DNA from: Caecitellus pseudoparvulus
Taxonomy: Eukaryota; Protista; Bigyra: Bicosoecida
Reading direction: 5' to 3'
DNA length: 64,000 nucleotides
Assembly: GCA_965644315.1 (NCBI GenBank)
Contig: CBFFRQ010000089.1
Location: 744,001-808,000, forward strand
A model generated the notes under the pieces. That model worked only from the letters and a program-made list of their open reading frames with translations. It was not told the DNA's origin and did not search any database. Both the position numbers and the translations under genes were made by a program. Position 1 is the first letter of the stretch. Every line of letters starts with the position of its first letter. Positions 20,268 to 31,102 of this stretch are shown one piece after another.

Positions 20268-21889
20268 TCAGCCTTGCTTCTCACTCGCTGCGGCCGCCTC
20301 AGCAGCAGCTGTAGCGGCTTCCTGTGACACCCCCTCCGCCACGGCCTGCACCGCTGCGGCAGCTGCTGCGGCGGACGTATCATCCAGCCCTGGCTCAATC
20401 TTGAATCGCAGCTGCAAGGCCACCGCCCGTGGCAGGGGCGGGAGGACGTAGCGTGGGATGAGGAAGGTGGACAGGTTGAAGAGGTCCGTGAAGATCTTGT
20501 GGCGGTTGGCAGTCGCACGCAGGTAAGTGTAGCCCGAGGAGCCACCCGTGCCGATCTTCACACCCAGCATGCGATGCACCATCTGAGCGTGGCGGTAGCG
20601 CCACCGCACCAGGTGCTCATCCACGTCCAGCAGCAAGCTGAGCAGTTTGTATGGCTGCTGCAGCAGCGGCTCGTGCTGGTACAGCCAGATGAGGAGGGCA
20701 GCTTGCATGGCGCCGTGGCTCATGCGGCGGTCCCCGCGTTTCACGAGGGCTGCGTGCTTTTCCGCATCAAACAGCGTCTCGAAGTGCTCCTCCTGCCCCT
20801 GCAGCTCCTGCACCTGCTTCGCCTTGGCCTCCGCTGGCAAGGCGGTGTTGGCTTCGATGGAGCGCCGGTCCTCCGCAAACATGTCCCGCACTGCCCCTCG
20901 GTAGTGACTCCAGAAGTCGAAGCCGCCAGCAGTCAACGGGGGCGTGCGCTCCAGCCAGCGCTGCACGAGGTCGAAGAGGTTGGGCACTTTCTCTGTGGCG
21001 CCCACCGTCGCCGCGTCGTCGCCGTTCAGGTAGGAGCAGTAGCCTCGAGCACCGTACTTCATGCGCTGGTCTACGGTGAGGCCTAATTTGTTCTCTAGCA
21101 GGCGGAACTGCACGGACTGGAAGCCTGAGGCGGGGAAGAGGAAGTCCCGGAAGTCCAAGAAGCTCATCTGAACGCGTGGCGGGGAGGAGCGGGAGCGGTG
21201 CCTCCTGCAAGCCATGTGCACGTTACTACGTGCAGGGCGCTCACCGGGGACATGGTCTCCAGCACATCCAGCTGTCCGATAAGCACTCGCTGGATCTCCA
21301 CGATGCGGCCCAGGCGCTCCACCGCCACGCCAATGGACTTTTCGGGGATGTATTCTTGAGAGAAAATGTCCAAGATGCTGTCCAGGTCGTGCAGCATCTG
21401 TTTGAACCACAGCTCGTACACCTGTCGCGGCGGGGGGAGGGTGTGCAGCGTGACGTGTGCTGGCCGGCGCCAGAGGCCAGGCTAAATGCTTGCACACCTG
21501 GTGAATGACGATGAACAAGTGTTCATCGTGAGCAGGTGCCCCTGCCTCTGCACTCTTTGGCTGTTGGCACTTCAGCAGCTGTGCAGGAGAGACGCGTTGG
21601 GCGTGAAGAAGGTGTCGACGTGTGGACCAAGTGCACTGCACCTACCGTTCCCAAGTGAAGGTAGTCACTGTAGTACAAGGGGTCATCCAGCTTGCGACGC
21701 TGCACAATGCGGCGACGTGTTTCCCTGCACAACACGCGGCTAGTGGGTGCAGTTCTGTGAGCTCTGTGGGGTTGCCTCGCGCGCCACTCACTGCTCATCA
21801 CCACCAGCGGCGTGCTGAGCTGTACCCGCACGTGATGCTGATGCTCCCGTGACGGGACACACGGCGGGCTTGGCGTCTCCGTCTGCCAT
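20268..21889 (-). CDS. TDO2: Tryptophan 2,3-dioxygenase; 5 exons
   Basis: Introns 21791-21725, 21645-21579, 21497-21422 and 21244-21168 give YYSDYLHLGT|LLKCQ..HDEHLFIVIHQ|VYELWFKQ..LETMSP|MSFLDFRDFLFPASGFQSVQFRLLENKLG...WRYRHAQMVHRMLGVKIGTGGSSGYTYL. Confidence 0.96.
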
Positions 21890-22208
21890 GGCGTGGAGCG
21901 TGGGCGGCCAAGGGAGCGCTGAGCTGCTTCAGAAACTGCAGGGTGTTTTGGGCTTGTGTGTTTTGTCCGTGTTGCGGTGGCACTGGGCGTCTCCACGGGC
22001 AAGCTGCGGTGTCATCCATCCGACGCAGCCGCCGCCCGGCCTGCAAGCCTAGCCAGTGCATTACACGAGTCAGCCGAGGCAAGGGAGAAACAAAGAAACG
22101 GCACGGGTGAGCAAGGAGCAAGAAAGTTAGCGACATGGCGTGAGAAGCCGTGTAGCGGCCCTTGGGAATGGCACATCACAAAGTGAAAGCGGGGGACAGG
22201 GGCGCCCG

Positions 22209-24833
22209 TCAGTACTGGCTGCCTGGGTGGTGCTGGTGCTGGTGGTGGGGAGTGAAGCCCCCTGCGCTGCCGTAGCCACCACCGGTGTGCCCCTGCGCTG
22301 AGCCATGGGCGGGGAGGTACCCGCCCATGGCTCCATGAGAGTGAGACCCGATGCTGATGCCTCGCGAGCCGTGGGTGAAGGAGGTGCCCACGGACCCGGA
22401 GCGCAGAGACCGAGAAGTGTGCATGCTGTACATGGATGAGCGAGAGGGAGGGCCTGAAGCGTACGCCACGGCGGGGGGCACGTCCATGGCGGGCGGCGGG
22501 TTCACGCCCATGACGCCCCCCCGCCCACCCTGCATGTGGGAGTTGGACGGAGCCGGGTAGGGCGGACGAGTGGCGCCTGAGGTGGCCACCACACCCCGCC
22601 GCGCGCCAGCTGGCGTGAGCATGGGGTTGGTGCCACCTGGCATCATGTGCGGCGCAGCTGGTGGCGTGGGCAGCAGCCCGATCTGCTTACGGGAGAGCTT
22701 GCGAGGGGAGTTGTGGCCACTGCCACGGGTGGAGCCGGAGCGGCCTGAGACGTTGGAGCCCTGCCCTGAAGCGCGGCTGGTGCCGCTGACTGTGGACCGG
22801 TTGCCACGGCTGCGCCCGCCACTGCCCCGTGAGGCGCGGGAAACATCTGAAGTGCCATCCCAGCCTGGAGTGCCGTGTGTGGTACTGCCGCCGCCAGACG
22901 TGTGGGATGTACCAGAGCTCCGTCGTTGGGGAGGCGTGCGCATGTGCCCACCAGCCTGGGGCGCCGCAGACGCCCCCAGCACTTGCCGCAGCTCCTCCAG
23001 CACCAGCTGAGGGTGTGGCGGGGGAGCTCCGGGCGTGGCCCAGGCAGCCTGTGTGGCCTGCACAGCCGACTGGCCCGGGGCTGCCCCGCCCGCTTGAGCA
23101 GCCAGCAGGGCTCCCAGGAGGTCTTGCGCACGCTGCAGCACTGCTTGGTCCATGGCTGGGTCGGAGCCCGGAGCGGGCGTGGTGGACTGCCCTCCCTGGC
23201 TCCACGTGGAGGCCTCCTGAGGAGCAGGGGAGCCACCGCCCAGGCCAGGGGGGGGCTTCTGGGCGTATGCCTCTGCATCTGGAGTCTGCCGTGACGGAAA
23301 GCCCATGGGGTTGGCAGGGTCCACTGGGGCGAGAGACCATGGGTCCCGGGCCTGTGAGTCAGTGGCCCCCGCCGACGAGGCGGAGGGCGGGCTGCCGCCT
23401 AGGCCCAGGGAAGAGCCCCACACGCCCTGCCCGCCCGAGCTGAGTCCCAGCCCGCCCCCTAGCCCAGCCAGGGAAAGGTACTGCCCCTCAGAGGTGGGGG
23501 TGGCCGCGGAAGTGGAGGGAGTGGGCTGCGGGGTGTGGTCGGCATGAGCGGAGGAAGGGGCTGCCCCCGAGGAGGCCTGCAGACTGGACAGGGATGTGAC
23601 GAGGGCATCTGCCAGCTCCTGGGCCGTCATGCCGCTGGGGTCCAGGTTGATGGTGACGCCGCCGAAGCCTAGGCCCAGAGCACCCCCGCCACCCCGCTGG
23701 CTGGCATCGTGGGGAGGTCTGGACACTGCAGCAGGCGGCTGTGACGACGCAGGTGCTGTCTCTTGTCCACCACCACCAGTGCTGCTGGTGATGCTGTGGC
23801 TGCTGGAGCCCAGCACCAGCTCCTTCGTGGTGGTGGACAGCTTGGGGCGGCTGCCACTTGCTGCGCTGCCTGAGCGGGAAGTGGAGGCGGGGCGCAGGAA
23901 CTCTGGGTTCAGAGCTCCAGCTAGACCCAGCATGTCACTGGGGGCACACTCTGCGGCAGTGGGCGACGCTGCGCCGGCCTGCGCCGCGTTTGAGCGGGCT
24001 CGTCGGCGCCGCTCGCGCTTCTCGCGCTTTGCTTCGGCTGCAGCGGTGTCCTCCCGCACGACGGGGTCCCATGTCGTCAACATGCGCAATAGCAGCGCCT
24101 GCAGGTCTGCGATGGCTCGGCGGTTGCCTGAGCGTGGCTCCACAAGCAGCGCAGTGCGGGCTGACGCCAGGTGCTTCAGCGTGTCCACGTTGGGCCGCAC
24201 GTTGGACCCTTCCATGCCCGACAGGACGGCCGTGATGTCGTCAGGTTTGGCAGCAGGGCACACCGCACCCAGCACCATGTTCCACGTGTCTGTGCTGATG
24301 GCGGTGCCGCGTGCTCGGGCAGCTTGCAGCACCTCCAGCGCCGAGCTCGGCCGGTGGAAGTGCCGCGTGGCCCACAACAGGGGGTTGTACAGCGCTGGGC
24401 GCGGAGGAGCCTTCTTGCGCAGGCCAACAGCAGCTGCCGTCTTCACGGACAGCATGGAGATGATGTGCGCCACGTCTCCTCGGTGGGCGAGCACAGCCAC
24501 CGCGTGGGAGCGCAGGGCTGCCACTGTCAGCGTGGCCGCGGTGCCCTGCTTCTCGACTTCCACGACCCAGCCTTCCACGAGGCGCTTGAAGGCATCAGCG
24601 TCGGCGACGCCCTGCTGAGGGGGCATGGTGTCAAGGAAGTCGAACAGCCTTCCGCTGGCAGCCTGTGTGGAGGGCGGGGCAGGAGGTGCACGTACACGCT
24701 TCCAGCTCAGGTCGCAACGACACTCGGTCAGAGATGCAGGCCCTGCAGCAGGGCGACAGGGGTCGGCACAGGCTGCCAGGCCAGCGCGGGCACATGTGCC
24801 GAGACCATGCTCCTTCTGAGGCTGGGCAGGCAC
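22209..24833 (-). CDS. PPR-like helical-repeat protein with long G/S/P-rich disordered C-terminus; 5' exons unresolved
   Basis: PPR-like units PALYNPLLWATRHFHRPSSALEVLQAARARGTAIS and TDTWNMVLGAVCPAAKPDDITAVLSGMEGSNVRPNVDTLKHL, then ~600 aa of low complexity. Confidence 0.6.
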   Translation of the reverse strand: MPAQPQKEHGLGTCARAGLAACADPCRPAAGPASLTECRCDLSWKRVRAPPAPPSTQAASGRLFDFLDTMPPQQGVADADAFKRLVEGWVVEVEKQGTAATLTVAALRSHAVAVLAHRGDVAHIISMLSVKTAAAVGLRKKAPPRPALYNPLLWATRHFHRPSSALEVLQAARARGTAISTDTWNMVLGAVCPAAKPDDITAVLSGMEGSNVRPNVDTLKHLASARTALLVEPRSGNRRAIADLQALLLRMLTTWDPVVREDTAAAEAKREKRERRRRARSNAAQAGAASPTAAECAPSDMLGLAGALNPEFLRPASTSRSGSAASGSRPKLSTTTKELVLGSSSHSITSSTGGGGQETAPASSQPPAAVSRPPHDASQRGGGGALGLGFGGVTINLDPSGMTAQELADALVTSLSSLQASSGAAPSSAHADHTPQPTPSTSAATPTSEGQYLSLAGLGGGLGLSSGGQGVWGSSLGLGGSPPSASSAGATDSQARDPWSLAPVDPANPMGFPSRQTPDAEAYAQKPPPGLGGGSPAPQEASTWSQGGQSTTPAPGSDPAMDQAVLQRAQDLLGALLAAQAGGAAPGQSAVQATQAAWATPGAPPPHPQLVLEELRQVLGASAAPQAGGHMRTPPQRRSSGTSHTSGGGSTTHGTPGWDGTSDVSRASRGSGGRSRGNRSTVSGTSRASGQGSNVSGRSGSTRGSGHNSPRKLSRKQIGLLPTPPAAPHMMPGGTNPMLTPAGARRGVVATSGATRPPYPAPSNSHMQGGRGGVMGVNPPPAMDVPPAVAYASGPPSRSSMYSMHTSRSLRSGSVGTSFTHGSRGISIGSHSHGAMGGYLPAHGSAQGHTGGGYGSAGGFTPHHQHQHHPGSQY

Positions 24834-24838
24834 AGCGC

Positions 24839-25468
24839 CTGCAGCTCGAACGCGCCCAGCCCAAGCAGTGCAAGGCTGGGAATGCAGTGCAAGGCACGTA
24901 CCCGGCGCGAGACGCGCAAGACAGCGACATAATCAGAGAGGGTGAGAAAGGAAGCAATCCTCAGGCTCGGGCTTTGGAGGTAGCCTTGCCGTTGCGGCGT
25001 GGGGAATCGCCGTGTCTGTGAGATGGTGCAGTGCAGCATTGCCTTGAGCAGCGGCGTTACGCATCACGGCAGGGCAGAGCAGGGCTTCACGCACCAGCTC
25101 GGCAGTGGACTTCGGCAGGGAAGTGTCCATGGACACTGCCCCGCCATCTCCGCCCTTGACGGCGCGCGTGAGCCAGCCAAACACTTTGGACATGCCTGAC
25201 GCCTGGCCGCGGAATTTGTGCCTCGCACGCAGCCCTGAAGGACAGCCAAACAGAGGGCGGAGAGGAACCGCCCGCGGTCACTGCCTACTACGGCCACCCA
25301 GGATGCAAGGCAGCCCCCTGTGGCGGCAAGCGGGGCAGCCGCGCTCACACCTGCCACGCAGCGGTGAAGACAGCCCTGCTGCAGGCCTGTGCCTGCTGAG
25401 TCTGCTCGTGTAGCGAGGTGTAAACTCGCTGTGCGTCGTACCCAGGCATCTCCCATGGGTTGGGCATG
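24839..25468 (-). CDS. Probable upstream exons of the PPR-like gene, or a small separate gene
   Basis: Coding-looking pieces (MPNPWEMPGYDAQRVYTSLHEQ.., MSKVFGWLTRAVKGG.., LRIASFLTLSDYVAVLRVSRR) flanked by GT/AG motifs. I could not join them into one consistent frame. Confidence 0.3.
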
Positions 25469-25798
25469 ACTAGCCCTTGTTTTGGATTTGCAAGTTGTAC
25501 TTGCCAGGTCCGCGCAGCTGCTCTGACAGCATTGGAGGGGGTTCGTAGGGTGGGCGCCGCTGCCCGGCGGAAAGCCGCCCGAGACACGGCGAGGGCAGCA
25601 TTTCGCCTCGCCAGCTCGGCGCAGGGCGTGGCTTGGGCGAGGAAACAGCGCAGCGCATGGAAAAACTGTCCATACTTGCCCTGATTGTCTCCAGCTCGGC
25701 CTTCACTGCGGTGCCGCGCGCACAACGCACCGCACAGGACTGCACACTCTCGCGTGGTGGCGGGCTGCAGCGTCAGGAGCGGGGTGTCGCTGCGGAGC

Positions 25799-28178
25799 CT
25801 ACCCCATGGCGGCCTTGGCGCGCAGGGCAGCCAAGAGAACAGGGTCTCGTTGCAAGGCAAGCATGTCTGAGAGGACGCCCACCCAGGCCTGGGCGCGCGA
25901 GCGGCGGTCTCGCACTCGCACTGTCAACGCGTGGCTTGGCTCGCGCAGCACGAACCACTCCCTGTCAAGGGCGGTGGGGGCCAGGGCAGGCGACCATGTG
26001 ACACGGCCTTTCAGCACCTGCTTGTTCGCATCGAAGTACAGGATCTGCGGGCCGTTGGTCAGCACGAGGTCGCGTGGCAGCTCCCTGCCCAGCACGCCGC
26101 GTTTCTTCCCGACGCTGCCCCACATGATGACTCCTTCGCCAGGCTGCAGGTGGGCAGCCAGCAGCGGGGCCCAGTACTGGTCGGCGTAGAACTCCGGCTT
26201 CAATGCAGGCAAGCACACGAGTGCGTCTGCCCCCCCTTCCCCGCCTTCACTGGCTCCCGCGGTTGCAGATGCCGCAGGCTGAGGGCTGGGGTTCATGGCC
26301 ACGGCAGGCGTTGCAGCCATGGGCGTGGGAGGGGGCTCCACCGCGCCTCCCGAGCCCGCCACCGCCGCTGACGGCGATGGTGGCGGTGTGACACCCCTGC
26401 CATCCACTCCCAGCCCCAGTGCCTTCCGCAAGGAGGCCAGGCGGAAGGATGGCCCCGCCCGGTCTGAGGCGGTGCTGGGCGGCATGCCGCTGCCACCCCC
26501 CGTCCGCTTGGAGGAGGGCCCCCCCTTGACGACAGAGTCGCCTTCCTGGCGTGCAGGCGTGCCAGGTGGCACCTGCGCAGCGCCTGCCGCCACCACACGG
26601 AGGGGTGAGGGGCCAGTGGGTGTGTCCCCCCTCGCCGCCGCCTCGGCACCAGCGCCGCCGCCGCGTCCTTGCCCGCGCGGCTTGCTTGGCGTGGACGGTA
26701 CGTAGTCCTCCCGCAGGCGGGCGAGGAGGCTGGTGGCTTCCTCTGTCTTGCCGGCCTGGCTGAGGGCCAGCACCTCCCCGACGTTCTCCCAGGACAGGTG
26801 CGTCGCGTCCACTGGCGGCGGCAGGGGGGCCGGGGAAGGCACAAAGGGGGGGCGCACACCGGCGGCGGCCGCCACCACCTCCTCAGGCACAGCAGCGCCG
26901 GCAGAGCCCTTGGGAAGGAGGCTGGCGGCGGACACCTTAGCCGCGGCGAGGAGGGCGTCCCACTGCACGCCACTGAAGAAGGGGTGGGCCTTCAAGTCAG
27001 CGTAGGTGGTCATGGGTGGGGGGGGGTTGGAGGGCGGCACCGGCGCCGACGCCTGCTCGTCACCCTGCCCCTCCTCCTCCTCCTCTTCGTCCGACAGCGG
27101 CTCCATGCCCAGAGGCAGGATGCGCCCGGCAGTCAAGTCTGCATGCCGCTGTGCCGTGGCGGGGGAGGTGTCGGACCCTGCTCCCAGCCTGGCGCACGGC
27201 TCCGCTCGTGTGAGGGCCTTGACCAGGTCCACGGCCTGCGGCGGCATGTCCTCCGGGAAGGCCAGCACGCCCTGTGTGGGGTCCCGTGTGTACGCCTGGA
27301 TGGCTTGGAAGGTGAGGTACTCCGTGCCGGCCTGGAAGGGGGGCCGCCCAGCCAGGCACTGGTACAGGATGCAGCCCAGCGCCCACAAGTCCGCAGGGGC
27401 GTGGGAGCCCCGATCATTCAGCACCTCTGGCGAGACATACTCGGCTGTGCCCAGAAAGGCATCCTGCTTCGCATCTGTCGCCTTCTCGTCCCGGGCTGTG
27501 CCAAAGTCACACACTTTCAGGTGCCCGTCCGCCGTGAGCAGGAGGTTCTCTGGCTTCAAGTCGCGGTGCACGACGCGCAGGCGGCAGTGCAGGTACTCCA
27601 GTGCCAGCACCAGCTGTGCCAGGTAAAACTGCGCCACATGTAGGGGCATGCCACGACAGGGCAGCGTGGTGCCGGCGCCGCGCACAGCGGGCGGGGGTGC
27701 CGATGCCTCGAGTGCTTGAGGAGTGGCGTCGCGGAAGTGGCGGATGGCACCCAGCAGGTCTCCGCCACGGCAGAAGTCCATGACAAAGTACAGGTGTTGC
27801 GGGTCTTGGAAGGTGAAGTACAGGCGCACGACGTTGGGGTGCGTGACGGCCGTCATGACATTGCGCTCCATCATCACCAGGTGCGTCTTGCGCTCCTTCC
27901 GGATGAAACCCTTCTCCAGAATCTTCACTGCAAACTCCTGCCCAGACGCCTTGTGTTGGCAGTGCAACACCTGTAGGTGGGCGGCAGGGGGGCTGTGCAG
28001 GGCCCCGCCCAGGCGCCCAGCGCCCTTGGCAAGCTGCGGCGTGGCAGCCTTGCGGAAGTTGCCAAGCTGCTGCCGAGCCACTCACCCGAGCAAACGCGCC
28101 TTCTCCCAGCACCTTTCCAAAGAGGAAGTCGCCCACCTGAATTTTCTTGCGCTGAGGCGCAGCTGGAGTGGACGCCAT
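25799..28178 (-). CDS. PDPK1: 3-phosphoinositide-dependent protein kinase 1 (AGC kinase plus C-terminal PH domain); 2 exons
   Basis: DFLFGKVLGEGAFAR| intron 28085-27971 |VLHC..FAVKILEKGFIRKERK, LYFTFQD, HRDLKPENLLL, DFGTA, GTAEYVSPE, GRPPFQAGTEYLTFQ, LKAHPFF. PDK1-type PH domain: GSVGKKRGVLG..RDLVLTNGPQILYFD..VLKG.VTWS. Confidence 0.92.
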
Positions 28179-28523
28179 GCCAAGCGCTTCTCTGTGCCAC
28201 GCCGCTCTCAGCGCCACAGCGCTGCCTTGCACAGGGCAAGGCACGCAGCACGAGGAGAGGCGCTTGGGGGCAGGCGGCGCAGATTGGCGCACGAGTAAGA
28301 TTACCATGTACTAAAAACACATCAACCCTAAATGTGTACCGTAGCAAGCATTGTATCACTCGTTTGCAGCCCAGAATTGAAGCTACTCTGCCAGGAGCAG
28401 CTTTTGGCCCAGGCCTGCAGAGCAGCCTGACTCGAGCGGCCCTGTCGCTGGCGCCCGCTGGACAGGGAAACTGCCCACCGCAGGGTCTGTGTGAGATCAG
28501 CTTCGTCAGACTGCCTTGCACTC

Positions 28524-30792
28524 ATGGAGGGCATTGGCTCGCTCCATGCAGCGGCATGGCCGGAAGGCCAAACGAAACGGCAACGCAGTCACGGTGCTCA
28601 AGGCGACGTCCCGAACGCCATGGACCTGCACAGCGCCCCCAAACGCCGCCGCCAGCGGTCTGTTGCAGCATATGTCCCCATGCATGGGACCAGTGACCAG
28701 AACGCGGCCGCCGACGCTGCCCTGCCACTTGCTGTACGTGCGGAAATTGCCACTGCACCCGCACATCAGCGCAAAGTCCCGCTCCCCCCTCGACCGCGCG
28801 CAGGGGCTATCCAGGACGTCGGAAGTTCGTTGCATGGGTATCGAGTCCCTGCTCAAGGCGGCATGCTTTCAGGGCGCCCCTGTGCTGCACTCCGCGCCTG
28901 AGCAGCCATCGGGGGGCCATCCGCAAGGCAAACCTGTATTCCCCGACTTTGCCGAGCGCGGGCATTCCAGGCTGGCGCACGAGCAGAAAGCACAAACAAG
29001 CAGTGCACCCATGCTGGGTGCAGCTGCCAGTGGACAGGGCGGCATGGCCGCAGGCTTCGCCGCCAAGCTGCCGAGTGCTGCCGCTCGGCATGCAGGGCTT
29101 GGCCACATTGGCTGCGTCGATTCCGCAGAAGCCGATTCCGCCCTGGTGCCTGTCGGTGCCTCCTTGCGCTTCAACGCCGGGCACTTCTTGCAGCAGGCCA
29201 AGGGTGTAGGCATTGATGCTGCAGAAATGGCCGAGCGCCTGCGGCAGCTGCTTTCACACGCCACAGATAACCACCTGCTGCGTGTGCTGGCGTCCAAAAT
29301 GGGCCAAGGCGGCTTGCCTGTGCGCCTGCTGCAGCCACTAGTACCAGGCCTGCAGGAAACCCTCGTCACCCGTGGCACTGCTGCCCTGAATGCCGCCGTC
29401 AAGTCTGTGCCGCGGGGCCTGCGGCACGACACCATGCACTACGACGGGCTGCACCTGACCATGCCGGGCTTGGCAGCGACGCTACTGGCGTGGCATTCCC
29501 GCGCCGAAGCGGCAGTGTGCCCAGGCGGCTTCCCCATTGTCATGTCCCCCAGTCCCCCCACTTCCGAAGGCGACGGCGGCGGCGAGGACAGCAACAGCGT
29601 CAGTGCCGGCGCCTGCGGCAGTGCACCACCACGAACGGCTGCCGAGGCCGCCGGTTCCAGCACCATTCCCATGGTGCTGCTGCTGCAGCGCTGGCCACAC
29701 CTCCGCGGGCTTCTAGCATTTCCACCGCCAGGAGCCTGCCAGGCCTGCCATGCGTACCTGACGAAGCTCAGTCAAGGCCAGGAGCCCCTGCCACCTGACA
29801 CGTTGTGCGACCTGGTGCGAGCTCACCAGGAGCACCTGGACACGCCTCACATCACGCTGGTCATGCCGCCTGGCTGCCTGGATGTGCACTACACCACAGC
29901 AAACACAGCCATGTCCAACCTGTTGGGCATGACACACTGGGGCACCGACCCAGCCAAGCCAACCCGCTGGCTGCACCCTGCCTGCTACCCGCGCCGCTGC
30001 CTGGCTTTCATTGCAGCTGCCTGCTGGGGCGTGTCCTCCTTCCAGTACGAGGGCTGCTACCTGCGCCGCCTGCCCGACACGGGTCTGCCTGCGTCCGTGC
30101 AGGGAGACAGCCTGTGCCGCATGACGCCGCTCTTTGGCTGCGAAACCCTGCACGTGCTGCGGTACCCCACCACCGGCGCGCTGCTCAGCATCACCTCCGG
30201 CATATCGGACGTCATTGCCACGAAGGCGCCGGTGGATGCGGAGTCCCTGGAGCAGGGCTCTGGCAAGGCGCCCCCAGCGGTGCCCCTCACTTCACTGCGC
30301 CCTCTGGCCCCGTTGCCGGAACCAATTGCCCGCTCTTGCACAAAGCTGGGCATTGACCCCGACACGGCTCTCACCGGCGCGAACTCGGAAGAGGACACCG
30401 TGAAGCTGTACGTGGACTTGTTGTTTCAGTTGCTGGTGCCAGAGCGAGGCCCCTCGGACCCCCCTCACCCACCTCCACGCTTGTGCTCGCCGGCTGACCA
30501 CAGCGTGCTGAAGTGGGTTGCAGCGCGCTCGGACGAGCTGCGCAAGCGCCTTCTCCTGTACACGGCGCATGCACGCCTGCACCACCTGTACAAAACCTTT
30601 GCTGGCAGCGTGGTGTACATGTCTGACGCGCGCTCCTCGGGGCGGTGTCCTCCTGACCAGGCGCGCTGCATCGGCATCTGCCAGGCCATTCTGGCAAGTC
30701 TCCTCACACCTGCCGACGCCCTGGCGGCGCGGCGGGTGGGGGATGACCCCCCTCTCAGCACGCACGAGTCTGATGTTTCCCACGGGCACTAA
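28524..30792 (+). CDS. Uncharacterised PAS-like-domain protein, paralog of the downstream Zn2Cys6 factor but with no Zn cluster; 2 exons
   Basis: ATG at 28524, intron 28734-28803 (phase 0). Aligns with the next gene over ~350 aa: LVPGLQ/VLPGLQ, YDGLHL/FDGLHL, AWH, QRWP/ERWP, ANTAMSNLLG/FNSAAVRLFG, LHPAC..RRCLA/VHPDC..RRCLA, FQYEGCYLRR/FQLEGHYLRR. Confidence 0.75.
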
Positions 30793-31102
30793 GGCTTAGG
30801 CGGCGCGTTTCCCTTCCGTGCAGTGGTGCGTCGGCGTGCGTGGGCGGTGCGTGCTGAGCATGACCAATACACTTGTCTGTTTCAACCCCTGCTTCTCGCC
30901 GAGGCAGATAAGGGCATGCCCTCACCCCTGCTTCATCCAGCTGGTGCCAGTTTCGGACGCTGCTGCAAAGTTTAGAGGCGGGGGCTGGGGCGTGCGTCGC
31001 GATGCAGAGAGAGCGAATCCATAGGAGCCTGCAAAACAGACAGCCGCCACAGCAGCTGCCGCAGTCCCGTGCTTGCGTTGCAGACTGCACATAACGAGGT
31101 TC

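Noticed and set aside
28323-28332. Telomere-like/telo-box AACCCTAAA in the divergent PDK1 / gene A promoter
   Set aside because: A single short match, compatible with chance.
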